The notes: generated from the letters alone by a model not told the origin. A stretch of DNA of 63,845 nucleotides, filler included, from Alcyonidium flabelliforme (GCA_026167845.1; 56 parts of 56 records of this genome joined end to end with filler, not necessarily neighbours in it); one strand, 5' to 3'; positions 1-10,859 are shown, numbered from the whole stretch's first letter. Translations and numbers: made by a program.

Positions 1-1091
1 AAACATTTTGCGATCTTTATGAACTGGTAAGTTATAACCACTTGGTGGTTCAAGCCTTGCTGACTCGGATCGTACAATAGGGGGTACCGTCATGTTCCCG
101 TTACTCGAGTCGAAGCGCGCAAGTGCATTGTCTGCTCGGGCTCCCCGATACCGATGCGATCCCATGCTCTATCATCCCGACATGACCATTGGTGGCATCG
201 ATGATGAGCCAATGTAAAGTTCTGATCGCCTTTACCTTCGCCCTTCTAGTCGACTCTGTATATCAGGTCATGTGCTGATGCGTCTACGCGATACATACGC
301 CAAATTCCAATGGCTTATACCACCTGTGTCTTTCGGCATTCGAACACCGTGAAAGAATAGCCCTCGTGAATTGGATTACTGGCGTCCAATGGGTGGCCCC
401 ACGTTGTTATCGGATGGCATCCGGCGTTTTTTCAAGCCTGATTATCCGACAGGCACCGAGAAATGCCGATGTCTCGCGTTGCTTAATGGCAGGGGAGCCT
501 ACCTTCACTATTGGCCATGTTGTTAGTCCAAAGCCGCGTGCAAGGAGAAGGCGAGGCAAAACTCCCTTCGTTTCTGACCTACAGGCTAATTTCGGTACCA
601 GCTACGAACCGAGAAGACAAGGCCGTTTATACCGAGACACAGCTGAGCCAACTAAAGAGCCAAAAATACCGTCCGATACTGTCCCATCTGATCCTACTCC
701 GCATTGCTCAGGTGTTCGACATATACGAACGAGCGGAAATGAACCAAGCGGAAATATACGGAGCTGCATCAAGTCGGTGTCAGAAATGTCTCATTTGGAA
801 CAGGTGTTTGGTATATTTGGATCCCAAGCACCCATTTCTCTATCAAACCCCGAGAAATATCCAGGAAATCGCATATGCATTGGATGTCACTGAAACTGCA
901 GGTCAGTCAAGCTGACCACGTGTCTCTGTCTATTGATGTCGTTTTCTAACCTATCGCGCAAGCAGCTCCTGCCAGGGACCTCGTCGGATTCTGTCCACTA
1001 GTGTCGGCATCCTTTCAGCACTAAGTATATATTTGTCAAAATCACCACGCCCTGGACGACATTTGGCAGATCACTGTTCAAGCAGATCCTT

Positions 1092-1191
1092 NNNNNNNNN
1101 NNNNNNNNNNNNNNNNNNNNNNNNNNNNNNNNNNNTTAATTAATTAANNNNNNNNNNNNNNNNNNNNNNNNNNNNNNNNNNNNNNNNNNNN
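1092..1191. other. Synthetic contig-joining linker (first of about 55 identical ones)
   Basis: 44 N + TTAATTAATTAA + 44 N recurs about every 1.1-1.2 kb. Composition and apparent taxonomy change abruptly across each copy. Confidence 0.99.
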
Positions 1192-2281
1192 ATGTTCAAC
1201 CCACTCAAATTCACCGCCAAAATGGCTGCTTGTTTTGGCTGGCCGTCAGTTCATCGCTCCATTTTCGTATCACTGCTAAGAGACATGCAGAGTGGCCAAG
1301 GACCCTGGCCACGATTGTTTTTTGTTCAGAACAGGATTCTTTGATTGAAAAACACATTCACATGTACAAAAAATTATTTGATGCTTTTATATACACTCAG
1401 AAGTAGGATCAGTCTTATATCATCGAAATCGACCCTGACAATAATGCCAAATTTTTTTTTGAAACTGTTTACAACTACCTTATTGACCGAAAAATTTTTT
1501 TCACCCCATCAAGTTTGTGTATTTTCTGGTTTTCTAGGCTATCCTGACTATGAAAATGTCTTTTTTGTTACCCGGAAACACTATTTTGATAAAATTCTGA
1601 ACAATCAAAAATATTGGAAAAATCACTGTTTTTGAGGCTTTTTCATGCAGCTGTGGCCGCCCCCTAGCGGCTGTCTTTAAAGACATTTTTTGACATTTTT
1701 GAAGGCCAACACAGAAATATGGCTTTGGATGTAGGCTTGGGGTATGGTTCTTGATATCTTAAAGTATTCTTACCTTGAAATCTGCAAAAAAAAAATTTGC
1801 ATGGCCACTTACCTCTATAAGGCGGCTGGAAACAGTTGTTTTGGGATTTCAGCTGTGCCGACAGGGCCCGGTTTCTTTACTGCTCTCTGACAGGCTATTC
1901 ACACTGCACTGAAACAAAAGATTTGGTTTTCTGATGAGACCAGTTGAGAGAGATTCTAAAACTCACAAAATGTTGAACAATAAAGCACTTTTTTAAATTT
2001 GGCAGAGCCATGAACTGTCGGCCAGGGGTTCGGAAATCGGGCTGAAAATCAGCAAAATTGCCAAAGTTCAAGTCCAGACCTCAATCTCACCCCTCAACCA
2101 GAAACTCAAAAAACTACATTAATTTGCAAGCAATCTCTTAGTAGATTCAAAGAAACCATGAAAATTGGCAAGGCTTCCACCTCTAATTCCGGCAAAGTTG
2201 ACAGATGTTCAACCCACTCAAATTCACCGCCAAAATGGCTGCTTGTTTTGGCTGGCCGTCAGTTCATCGCTCCATTTTCGT
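1192..2281. repeat. Collapsed 1013-bp tandem-repeat monomer or circular contig
   Basis: The first 77 nt (1192-1268) are identical to the last 77 nt (2205-2281). No credible ORF. Confidence 0.85.
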
Positions 2282-2462
2282 NNNNNNNNNNNNNNNNNNN
2301 NNNNNNNNNNNNNNNNNNNNNNNNNTTAATTAATTAANNNNNNNNNNNNNNNNNNNNNNNNNNNNNNNNNNNNNNNNNNNNAAAAATCAACTTGTGCGTC
2401 GTGCTTCTTCTAAGGCGAATTTTTTTTATAAATGTGTTTTATCTACAGTAAATGGTTTAACT

Positions 2463-3010
2463 CCCGGGGGTGGTCAATATGAAAGTGGGTACGCATGTTC
2501 CAACAAAATTTCGCGTGAAAGGGTATGTTTTTCGAACCGCCGGCGCGTAACGCGCGTTACGTGCTTAGGGTCTGTTTTTTGGCTAAAATCACGAAAAGGG
2601 GTGTTTTTTTGGAGGTGTGACACTTCCTAAGGGGTGTTGTTTGGAAGTTTCACTTCGTTAGGGTAATCGTTAAAATTTCACTTCGTTAGGGGTGTAAATA
2701 CGGTCAAGAAAACTTAATATGTTTACCAGAATGTGTATTCCCCGTCATATGAAAGTTACTTCCTGAATTGATGCTATTTTGAGAATGACCTATTAAAACA
2801 CGGCATACGATTGGTCAGGTCAGGGTTCAGGTATCACGTGATCCACTTCCTTAGGGGTGTATTTTTTCAAAAAAGCACTTCCGTAGGGGTGTATTTAAAA
2901 AAAAAATCACTTCCTTAGGGGTGTATTTTTTGCAGAATTTCACTTCGTTAGGGGCTTTTTTGAAAAGCCATGTTGGAACATGGGCACCCACTTTCACATT
3001 AACTGCCCCC
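2463..3010. mobile_element. Non-autonomous TIR element (MITE) with internal tandem repeats
   Basis: 40-bp inverted repeats at 2466-2505 and 2971-3010 (34/40 match, GGGGG termini). About 7 internal copies of CACTTC(G/C)NTAGGGG(TGT). Confidence 0.8.
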
Positions 3011-3015
3011 TCTGG

Positions 3016-3110
3016 CAGACCTACCAAGTCTCCCGGTTAAACCGGGAGTCTCCCGGTTTTGGACCACGTCTCCCGACCTCCCGGTTGTAAGTCCAAATCT
3101 CCCGGTTTTT
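3016..3110 (+). mobile_element. Terminus of a hAT (Blackjack-like) DNA transposon or MITE
   Basis: CAGACCTACCAAG end followed by about 5 subterminal TCTCCCG(G) motifs. Same style as the CATACCTGCCAAC end at 51902. Confidence 0.45.
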
Positions 3111-3571
3111 AGGGCAACCAATTTTTTTTATTGTCGAGAAACTTAGAAAAAAAACGGGATGATACATATAATGCGAATAAACTTTATCAGGTTCCGATTT
3201 CACAATGTTACGATCTATTTATAAAACAATAACAAAGCGATGTTGTGATTGGCTTAGTTTTCCCACCAGGGCAATGCTGTGCCAATCAAAACACTGCTTG
3301 TAGAAACCTTTTGGCTTAAAGTTAGTATAGAGCGTTGTATCTTTATTTCGTAGAGCTTAGCAGAAGGCATAAAAATTATTAAATTTTATGTTCACTGCAG
3401 TAAATATTTTGTTGATCTGACCTACTAAGTGTTATTATTTGTAGGAGTAGAAGACACAATTGTTACAACTGNNNNNNNNNNNNNNNNNNNNNNNNNNNNN
3501 NNNNNNNNNNNNNNNTTAATTAATTAANNNNNNNNNNNNNNNNNNNNNNNNNNNNNNNNNNNNNNNNNNNN

Positions 3572-4660
3572 CATGAGGAATTTCAATGGCAAGGTTGGTG
3601 AATTAGTGCGAACCTCATCTCACAAATAATATATTTTGAGATTTCAGCTCGCAATTGAGTGTTCCAGAATTGGATAATCAGTATTTCAGAATACAAAAAT
3701 GTGAGACATTTACATAGTTTATGTCACTCTGGAGATAGAACGAAAACCGAGTACTTGATCAACATTGCATACCCGACACTGAACAAGTGACGGGCAAGGT
3801 GAAAGCGAATTTTTTTTTTGAAATTAAGTTTTTGTTTTTTTCTGTTTTGAATGACGAACACGTCTTCGACATTTAAATATTCTGAGGTGCTTTATACGTT
3901 GATTATTTTCATGATATCTAAGTAGCATTTTCAATTTATCAGTTCAATTGAACTTTTGTGATATGACTCTGTGATCTGATCAACATTTCATTGGGTAGAA
4001 TTTTGACTCAGTAATGCCCAGGTGCAGGAATTCAATCGCAAAAATGGAGTTGCATTGTGCTACGAGCATGCTTGCGAGACTGCTAGATCTAATCGATAAC
4101 TCTGCTTAACCTAATGCCATGCCATTAAAAATAGTGCTGTCATGCTCGTAGATGAATAATGTTGAAAGAGGGAGGTTAATATAGGCGTCAATAATAATTC
4201 AAATGCAACTTTCATGTTCGGTTTTGTGTAGTATGTCGATTATCGACAACTCAGAGTAATATTGGTATGACTTTGGCAATAGCGTCAAAGCAGTAAACTC
4301 TGACATTATCGACATTACTTCATTTCTATCTAAAATGCTATTAACATGCAATATTAGGTATAGGTTCAAAAACAATGAAATATTTTGCATTCATCAGAAA
4401 GTTACAGCGCAAAGTTGATGTCATTGTTGTAATCACATTTCACTTAAATTGATATGGTAGTCATCAGCTTGAGATTTTGCCCTGCAATTAAACTGAGTTT
4501 GTGGAATTAAAATGGAGTAATCTTTTACGATGCCATACGGATATATCAAAATCGGACCGCATGAGGAATTTCAATGGCAAGGTTGGTGAATTAGCGCGAA
4601 CCTCATCTCACAAATAATATATTTTGAGATTTCAGCTCGCAATTGAGTGTTCCAGAATTG
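3572..4660. repeat. About 988-bp tandem-repeat (satellite) monomer
   Basis: 3572-3672 is repeated at 4560-4660 (101 nt, one mismatch). AT-rich and noncoding. Confidence 0.8.
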
Positions 4661-4760
4661 NNNNNNNNNNNNNNNNNNNNNNNNNNNNNNNNNNNNNNNN
4701 NNNNTTAATTAATTAANNNNNNNNNNNNNNNNNNNNNNNNNNNNNNNNNNNNNNNNNNNN

Positions 4761-5846
4761 ATCTTTTATTATACCAAATGGCGTTTTGACTAAAGTTGTA
4801 GGTGAATCTGATATATCAACAATTCTTTTACCTATTTTATAAGATAATTGATTTTTTACTTTCTCACCTTTGATTCTGTCTGCATATTCTTCCAAAGGTG
4901 GTAAATTTTTTATTTCATTTTTTTTATATTGATCATATTCATTTAGTAATTTCAATGGAAGCAATAGCTTATCTTTCCGAGATCTAGTGCAATTTACAAT
5001 AATAGATCCTAATCTATAAGGTAGATCTTCTTTAATACGACTTTCAGCACCATACAGATCTATGTTTTTTTTAGAGTTTTTTTCGGCAGGTTTTGAAATA
5101 ACTCTCGGTTTATTATCAGACAATTCTTGAATAAAATCTTTTTTGAGAAGTGTGTTTCTATCAACTTCTAAGTATTTTTTTTGAATACGTCCTTCAGAGT
5201 AATTTTCAATTTTTTCATATGCCTCAGTCAACTGAAAGACAAGCTTCTTATTTATCGATTTTAAATTAGAACTATATTCAGTATTAATAATTTTTTTAGA
5301 AACTATATCTCTATCTATTATTTTCTTTTTATCTTCTATTAAAATATGTGCTTCATTCAATTTCTGCCGGAGCTGTTTATTTTCTTCTATCAATTTATCA
5401 TAATTATCAGCATTTCTACTACCAAATATTTTTAGAGAAAGAATCAGCTCTTGTTTGGAAGGTGTTTTAGACTTGTATATGGGTTGACTATTCTTCAAAA
5501 CTGCTAAATCCAACATTTTATTATATACTTGAATAAGTTCAGGATAACTCTTAAATAATAAATTGGATAATAAATCAATTGTTATATCCAAGTCAGTTGC
5601 TGTATTCTCATTATTTCTTTTTTCAGCTATTTGCCAATTGCTTTTTAAGCTAATATTAGGTTCTAAAATTGAAAGCTTGCTTTTAAAATTATTGAAGTTT
5701 GTAAAAACAGCTTTTCCCTCTAATAACAGACATATAGACTTATTTTCTTCATAGAAATTAATCAGACTCTTGTGATACAAGAGCCATTCATTTATCATAT
5801 TATCTATTCTAACAGTATTCAGACTATTAAAATTAATATTTTGAAA
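4761..5846 (-). CDS. Bacterial capsule/surface-polysaccharide-associated coiled-coil protein, partial at both ends
   Basis: Open frame across the whole contig. The C-terminal module GAESRIKEDLPYRLGSIIV...LPPLEEYAD...KVKNQLSYKIGKRIV resembles the repeat found at the C-termini of capsule sugar transferases. Confidence 0.6.
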
Positions 5847-5948
5847 CNNNNNNNNNNNNNNNNNNNNNNNNNNNNNNNNNNNNNNNNNNNNTTAATTAAT
5901 TAANNNNNNNNNNNNNNNNNNNNNNNNNNNNNNNNNNNNNNNNNNNNA

Positions 5949-6044
5949 GCCGCACAGCTTGAAGCAGAAAAAGCCGAACAGCTTGAAGCAGAAAAAGCCG
6001 CACAGCTTGAAGCAGAAAAAGCCGCACAGCTTGAAGCAGAAAAA
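5949..6044 (+). repeat. 24-bp coding tandem repeat, at least 4 copies
   Basis: GCCGCACAGCTTGAAGCAGAAAAA x4 (one variant copy), running off the contig edge. Confidence 0.95.
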
Positions 6045-6215
6045 GCACAATCTAGCGCCCTAACTAAGCAGCCAAGTAACGGCCTGATTGGTCTTAAATT
6101 TCACGCGCCTTATAAAGCATGGTCTAACGGCGATATTGCAGGCTTTACCGAAACAAAAGCCGCCGAAATACTCGGGCTTAATCCAAGCCCCGCAAAGCTA
6201 TACGAAAAAGAGTAA
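5949..6215 (+). CDS. Phage small structural/hypothetical protein with (AAQLEAEK)n repeats, 5' truncated
   Basis: Missed by the ORF track. Reads AAQLEAEK-AEQLEAEK-AAQLEAEK-AAQLEAEK-AQSS...KFHAPYKAWSNGDIAGFTETKAAEILGLNPSPAKLYEKE*. Followed by a terminator and head-completion genes. Confidence 0.75.
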   Translation, partial: AAQLEAEKAEQLEAEKAAQLEAEKAAQLEAEKAQSSALTKQPSNGLIGLKFHAPYKAWSNGDIAGFTETKAAEILGLNPSPAKLYEKE

Positions 6216-6235
6216 AAGTGTGTTCCTCAGCCACC

Positions 6236-6261
6236 AAAGCCCGCCATGTGCGGGCTTTTTT
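6236..6261 (+). terminator. Rho-independent terminator
   Basis: AAAGCCCGC-CATGT-GCGGGCTTT hairpin followed by a T tract. Confidence 0.85.
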
Positions 6262-6274
6262 ATGAGTTATAACC

Positions 6275-6616
6275 ATGCCATTGATCACCTTAGAACAAGC
6301 TAAAGACCAAGTAAGTGTATACGACGACGAAGAAAACGACCGTCTTGAGGGGTTAATTAACGCCGCCATTGGTCATGTAGAGCAAGCAATACACCGTGAT
6401 ATTTACGAAGAACAGGCCGACGTACCCAGCACAGCAAACGATCCGATAGTAATAAGCACGCTAAAAGAAACACACAAAGCGTCACTAAGGCAAGCGTGTT
6501 TATTAGTGCTTAGTTCACTTCACACCACGCGTGAAGCAGACACCGAACAAGAGCTAAAAACCAACCCTGCATTTAACGCCCTAATCGCAGGGTTTAAACG
6601 CGTACCAATAGGCTAA
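6275..6616 (+). CDS. Phage head-tail connector (HK97 gp6-like adaptor)
   Basis: MPLITLEQAK..., LINAAIGHVEQ...R, QACLLVLSSLHTTREA motifs; 113 aa; position before the head-closure gene. Confidence 0.85.
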   Translation: MPLITLEQAKDQVSVYDDEENDRLEGLINAAIGHVEQAIHRDIYEEQADVPSTANDPIVISTLKETHKASLRQACLLVLSSLHTTREADTEQELKTNPAFNALIAGFKRVPIG

Positions 6617-6618
6617 CC

Positions 6619-6945
6619 ATGAACAGATTAACCGCCACACAAAAAAAGACGCGCGCCACGCTTTTTAACCTGGCGTTAGTCAAAACCCCCACCGGTAAAA
6701 AAGAACAGCTAACCCAAGTGGGTAAAGTTAAAGGCAGTTACCGCAAGCAGCGCGGCGGCCTAGTAAACCAGCAAACGCTTGATGTAAGCACAGCCCAAGT
6801 AAGTTTTGCTATTGATTACCGCCCCGCGTTTATGGCCGTAAAAAGCATACAAATTGGCGGTCAAACTTACGAAGTAAAAGACGTAACTAACGCAGGCCTA
6901 CTAAATCACACCATCATTTTTGATTTAGAGCTACAAGCCCTATGA
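6619..6945 (+). CDS. Phage head-closure/stopper protein (SPP1 gp16-like)
   Basis: 108 aa with FAIDYR...IQIGGQTYEVKDV; synteny adaptor-stopper-gp10. Confidence 0.7.
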   Translation: MNRLTATQKKTRATLFNLALVKTPTGKKEQLTQVGKVKGSYRKQRGGLVNQQTLDVSTAQVSFAIDYRPAFMAVKSIQIGGQTYEVKDVTNAGLLNHTIIFDLELQAL

Positions 6946-7033
6946 AAATAACCGGCGAAGTGTTCGGCCTAAAAGAGCTAGAGGCCCAACTGGCAAAAGT
7001 GGCCGGTGCAACCAAATGCAAAGTATTGCGTGC
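6942..7033 (+). CDS. HK97 gp10-like neck/tail-completion protein, 3' truncated
   Basis: MKNTGEVFGLKELEAQLAKV (GLxEL motif). ATGA overlap with the upstream stop. Confidence 0.65.
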
Positions 7034-7315
7034 NNNNNNNNNNNNNNNNNNNNNNNNNNNNNNNNNNNNNNNNNNNNTTAATTAATTAANNNNNNNNNNN
7101 NNNNNNNNNNNNNNNNNNNNNNNNNNNNNNNNNAGCGCTAGGAAGAAGACTATGAAGGGTGATGGTTTTCCGCCTCTGATAAGCAATGGATAGATGAATG
7201 TTCTGAAAAACAAACATCAAATATTTTGATGGAATAAATTGTTCATACTCTCCTGATAACATAATAATAAAAAGTTCCTTACTAGGTGAGTGAGTTGTTC
7301 AGATGTTCAGACGTT

Positions 7316-8215
7316 TCAATCCGTCCCCAACGGATTTTTCTCAATGACTGCGGTGATATCTTCTTGCGCGGGGAACTTCTTTATTACTTGGTTGTAAACC
7401 GGTGCCAAAATAACACCACTGTCTCTGTTAATTAAAGGACGATGTTGCTTGATTTTAATCGATTCTTTAACCTTTCTTCTATACCAATGCTGCTCTCTGT
7501 CGATGATTTTTGCATTGTCCAAAGAAAAAGTATGACCAGTATTCATGGTGTGCTCACCAACTGCTGTTGGTCTATCCAGTTTTTTGTGTTCTTTCAATCT
7601 AGTGCCAAAACATCTTTTGGTCTCGCCAATATACTTATGTTTAGGGTTTTGATCACACTGTAATTGGTAAACTACACACGACTGTTTTTCAATAGGTGTC
7701 CGATCTTTAGGTTTCACCAATTGATTGCGAAGAGTGTTAAACGGTTTCATGAATGAATTAACTCCATGAGATTTATATGTCCGTCTAAGTTGTTCTGATA
7801 AACCTTTGATGTAAGGGATGGCAACAGTGGGGCCATCTTGACGTTCATAGGGTTGACGATGAGGGTGGTGATTATAAATCCAGTCCTCATAACCATTCAC
7901 TCTAAGCGCATTAGTGACGTGATTACTTTCATCCATACAGTCTCCATCCCCAGTAATATATTTCTCGCCTCTCTATAAGAGTGTACGAGCAACAGATTGT
8001 TTATGTTGAAGAGGATGATTAGAAGCAAAATTAAGATACAAGTCCGTATGAGTAGGTTTCCGATAAATGGTGATTTTGGTAGAACTATTATCATTAACGT
8101 GAATACATAAGTCCAGAAAAGGAAGCATACAATTCGATTCCTGTTCCATAGTGAATTTAATACACGGATCAATGCTGTTGATATGAGTAGTAAAACTATC
8201 AATGTTTTTTTCAGG
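7316..8215 (-). mobile_element. Penelope-like retroelement: RT C-terminus plus GIY-YIG endonuclease, inactivated
   Basis: Frame reads ..IKFTMEQE..LPFLD..IYRKPTHTDLYLNFASNHP..TLL*..IPYIKGLSE..VVYQLQC..YIGET..RLKEH..E..I..N. In-frame TAG at 7973-7975. Confidence 0.9.
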
Positions 8216-8679
8216 TANNNNNNNNNNNNNNNNNNNNNNNNNNNNNNNNNNNNNNNNNNNNTTAATTAATTAANNNNNNNNNNNNNNNNNNNNNNNNNNN
8301 NNNNNNNNNNNNNNNNNAGCTCTTGTAAAAATTTCATGAAACTCTAAAACATTCTGTGGTACCCCGTTTTGCTAAATAACCCGTGTGTCGGTTTTATACT
8401 TTTATATTTTTATACTTTTATACTCTGTCTTGTCAAATCCCTTGTCGCATTCTTTTGTATTAATTTCCGCTCCCTTACCGTAAATTATGGAAGGGCGTGT
8501 GTAATGGTTTTCCTCCTTAAGAGTTGTATGAAGTTGTCTCCCCAATATTAGAGTTGCCTCCACTACCTTATGTATAAGTTGTATACCATTCTCCTTAAGA
8601 GTTGTCTCCCCCATGTTACGTGGCATTATTTGCTTGCTCTCTTATGTAGTTCAGTTCTGGTTTGGCTTTTGCTAAATAT

Positions 8680-9240
8680 TGTAATGGATTTTTGTAGTGT
8701 CTTTGTAACCCCTTCCTAAGAGTTTGTCTGCCCTTGCCGTTTTTATATCATCCAGTAGCTCTTGTATTGATAGATTAGTGTGTGACCGAATTCCCCATGT
8801 TTTGTATCAGTGCGTTCACCCGTGTGTTGATTGGTGGAATTTGTATAGTATTGCGTAACTTTAATTGAATCAGTATGTGTTGTACAGTTTGTCAGAGGCC
8901 TAATACCTCGTGACCAGTTCCCGCTATTTCTACTCATTAACTTGTAACTGTGTGCTGATTGAGCATTCTTAGCCAATCGTTTTATACTTCATGATAGCAA
9001 TTGGAAGCCCTATAAATAGGGATGCCCAAAGTAGAGTGGGCAGTTGAGGCCAGAGAATTGCAAGAGATACTCATCTGTATTGTTCTTAATAAATTCACTG
9101 TCAAACGTTCAGCTTGATCCGACCTGTCTGCCTCCGGACTTTTCGGTGTCTTTATTTACTAGTTTAGCCAGTTAGTTTCACCTGACATAGCACAAACTCA
9201 GTGGACTGATAGATTGAGGCGGAAGCCGAAACCTATTACA
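8680..9240 (+). mobile_element. Solo LTR (Gypsy-type), 561 bp
   Basis: TGTAAT...ATTACA termini; ATAT 4-bp target-site duplication at 8676-8679 and 9241-9244; internal TATAAA near 9011 followed by AATAAA near 9088. Confidence 0.75.
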
Positions 9241-9497
9241 ATATACTTACAGTCTAGGGCATATTTATATTCCTAATGGTCTTGTTCATTCTGTCTCCTT
9301 GTGACAACCTTTACCGAGGTATACTCCTTGCCTCGCACTAGTTTAATTTGATATGTATACAACATCTAAACAAATTGTAGGCTTTCGATATACCCTGNNN
9401 NNNNNNNNNNNNNNNNNNNNNNNNNNNNNNNNNNNNNNNNNTTAATTAATTAANNNNNNNNNNNNNNNNNNNNNNNNNNNNNNNNNNNNNNNNNNNN

Positions 9498-9707
9498 GGC
9501 GCGGGGATCGGCCCCGATGGCAATGAGCATCGCTGGGCGGTCTATGCGGTTGAGGTGGGGATTGCCGTTGAGCGTCTCATTGGTCGATGGTGCGAAGCGC
9601 TGCCACCGGATTGGATGCTCACGGTGATGGGTGATCGATTGGAATATGCACAGCAGATCGCGGAGTTTCCGCTCGTTGGCAAAGACGATGAGGCAATTAC
9701 GTTATGA
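9498..9707 (+). CDS. Phage-like hypothetical protein, 5' truncated
   Basis: Open frame from the contig edge ending in TGA that overlaps the ATG at 9704. Confidence 0.55.
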   Translation, partial: GAGIGPDGNEHRWAVYAVEVGIAVERLIGRWCEALPPDWMLTVMGDRLEYAQQIAEFPLVGKDDEAITL

Positions 9708-9913
9708 AAAAAGATACTTGCCTATCCGCTGGTGAAATAGCCACGGCACTCAACTTGTCGTCACAAGCGGCCGACCGTCATTTTGGTCTCACTATTGTTG
9801 GACGAACATCGATGATTGAGACGCGTGGAAAATATTGGCGGACGTGGCGAGACGCAGACCATGAGGAGCGATGCAAAACGCTTCTCCGTGGTAAACGGTT
9901 GAGTGCCAAATAA
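9704..9913 (+). CDS. Small putative HTH DNA-binding protein
   Basis: LSAGEIATALNLSSQAA is HTH-like. Translationally coupled on both sides (ATGA, TAATG). Confidence 0.5.
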   Translation: MKKDTCLSAGEIATALNLSSQAADRHFGLTIVGRTSMIETRGKYWRTWRDADHEERCKTLLRGKRLSAK

Positions 9914-10191
9914 TGATTGATCCACAACCACCGTTCGACGTTGAGTTGTCGTTTGAGGATCGCATGGGTTCGCTGGGTTGGCTGCGTTGGAACCGCGTAG
10001 CTTTTGATTGGTGCTACTATTGGTGGTGGGATGAGGACGGAGAACCAATGCCGGTACACGTTATGTTTGATCCCACCGGTTGTGTATTTTTTGCAAGTAC
10101 TGGGCAACACGGTTGGACGCGACCACAAAACGTAGAGGAGATGGGCGGATGGTGGCAGCGCATGAGTCCTCCGGTGAGGTGTGAAACATGA
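9913..10191 (+). CDS. Trp-rich phage hypothetical protein
   Basis: 92 aa; start and stop overlap the neighbouring genes. Confidence 0.55.
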   Translation: MIDPQPPFDVELSFEDRMGSLGWLRWNRVAFDWCYYWWWDEDGEPMPVHVMFDPTGCVFFASTGQHGWTRPQNVEEMGGWWQRMSPPVRCET

Positions 10192-10567
10192 ATTGCGTTA
10201 TAGGCATCGACTACTCGCTACGCGGTTGCGGCATCGTCTCGATCGATGAGACCGGTGATCACCAATCCGGTTGGTACTCATCAGAAAATGAGGGGGACTC
10301 GCTCCGAGCTCAGGTGATGCGTGCGGAGATGATTGCCGGTAGTGTCAATATTTTCATTGAGCAATTCACAGACATTCAAGGGATTTGCATTGAGTCTTAC
10401 ACCGTGAGCCAGGGTGGCAGGGTGCGAGCCAATCAAGAGGTCGTGGTTGGCAGTCGCTTTCTCGTGGTCGCCGACATTTGCCACGCAAGTTTGTACGCCG
10501 GCCGTGATCATTTCCCACTTTGGGAACCGGCTCCGATGACGTTGAAGAAATTCGCGGGCAGCGCCAA
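10188..10567 (+). CDS. Phage RuvC-like Holliday junction resolvase, 3' truncated
   Basis: N-terminal VIGIDYSLRGCG, central CIE and PMTLKKFAG motifs of RuvC-fold resolvases; GAGG RBS. Confidence 0.75.
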
Positions 10568-10859
10568 NNNNNNNNNNNNNNNNNNNNNNNNNNNNNNNNN
10601 NNNNNNNNNNNTTAATTAATTAANNNNNNNNNNNNNNNNNNNNNNNNNNNNNNNNNNNNNNNNNNNNGAGGCCGAGGAGGCCGCGCGCAGTGAGGCCACA
10701 CAGCTAGCGGCCGATAGGCGACAGGCGGAGTCGGCACGCGGCCGCGGCGACTCGTCTCACGATACGTCCTACTCGATCCGCTCCCCGCGGAGTCTGACAG
10801 GGCCGAGCCATGACGGAGTAGGCGAGCTTCGGGACCAGCTCGCGCAGGTACTGAGTCGT

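Noticed and set aside
366..915. Two overlapping ORFs in a fungal-like contig
   Set aside because: No recognisable motif and non-ATG starts, so I cannot tell which, if either, is real.
2621..2955. Repeats of about 30 bp as a CRISPR array
   Set aside because: The units are degenerate, lack unique spacers of constant length, lie inside TIRs, and have no cas genes nearby.
6088..6369. ORFs 6088-6303 (+) and 6178-6369 (-)
   Set aside because: They are out-of-frame or antisense shadows of the real phage genes and cross the terminator.
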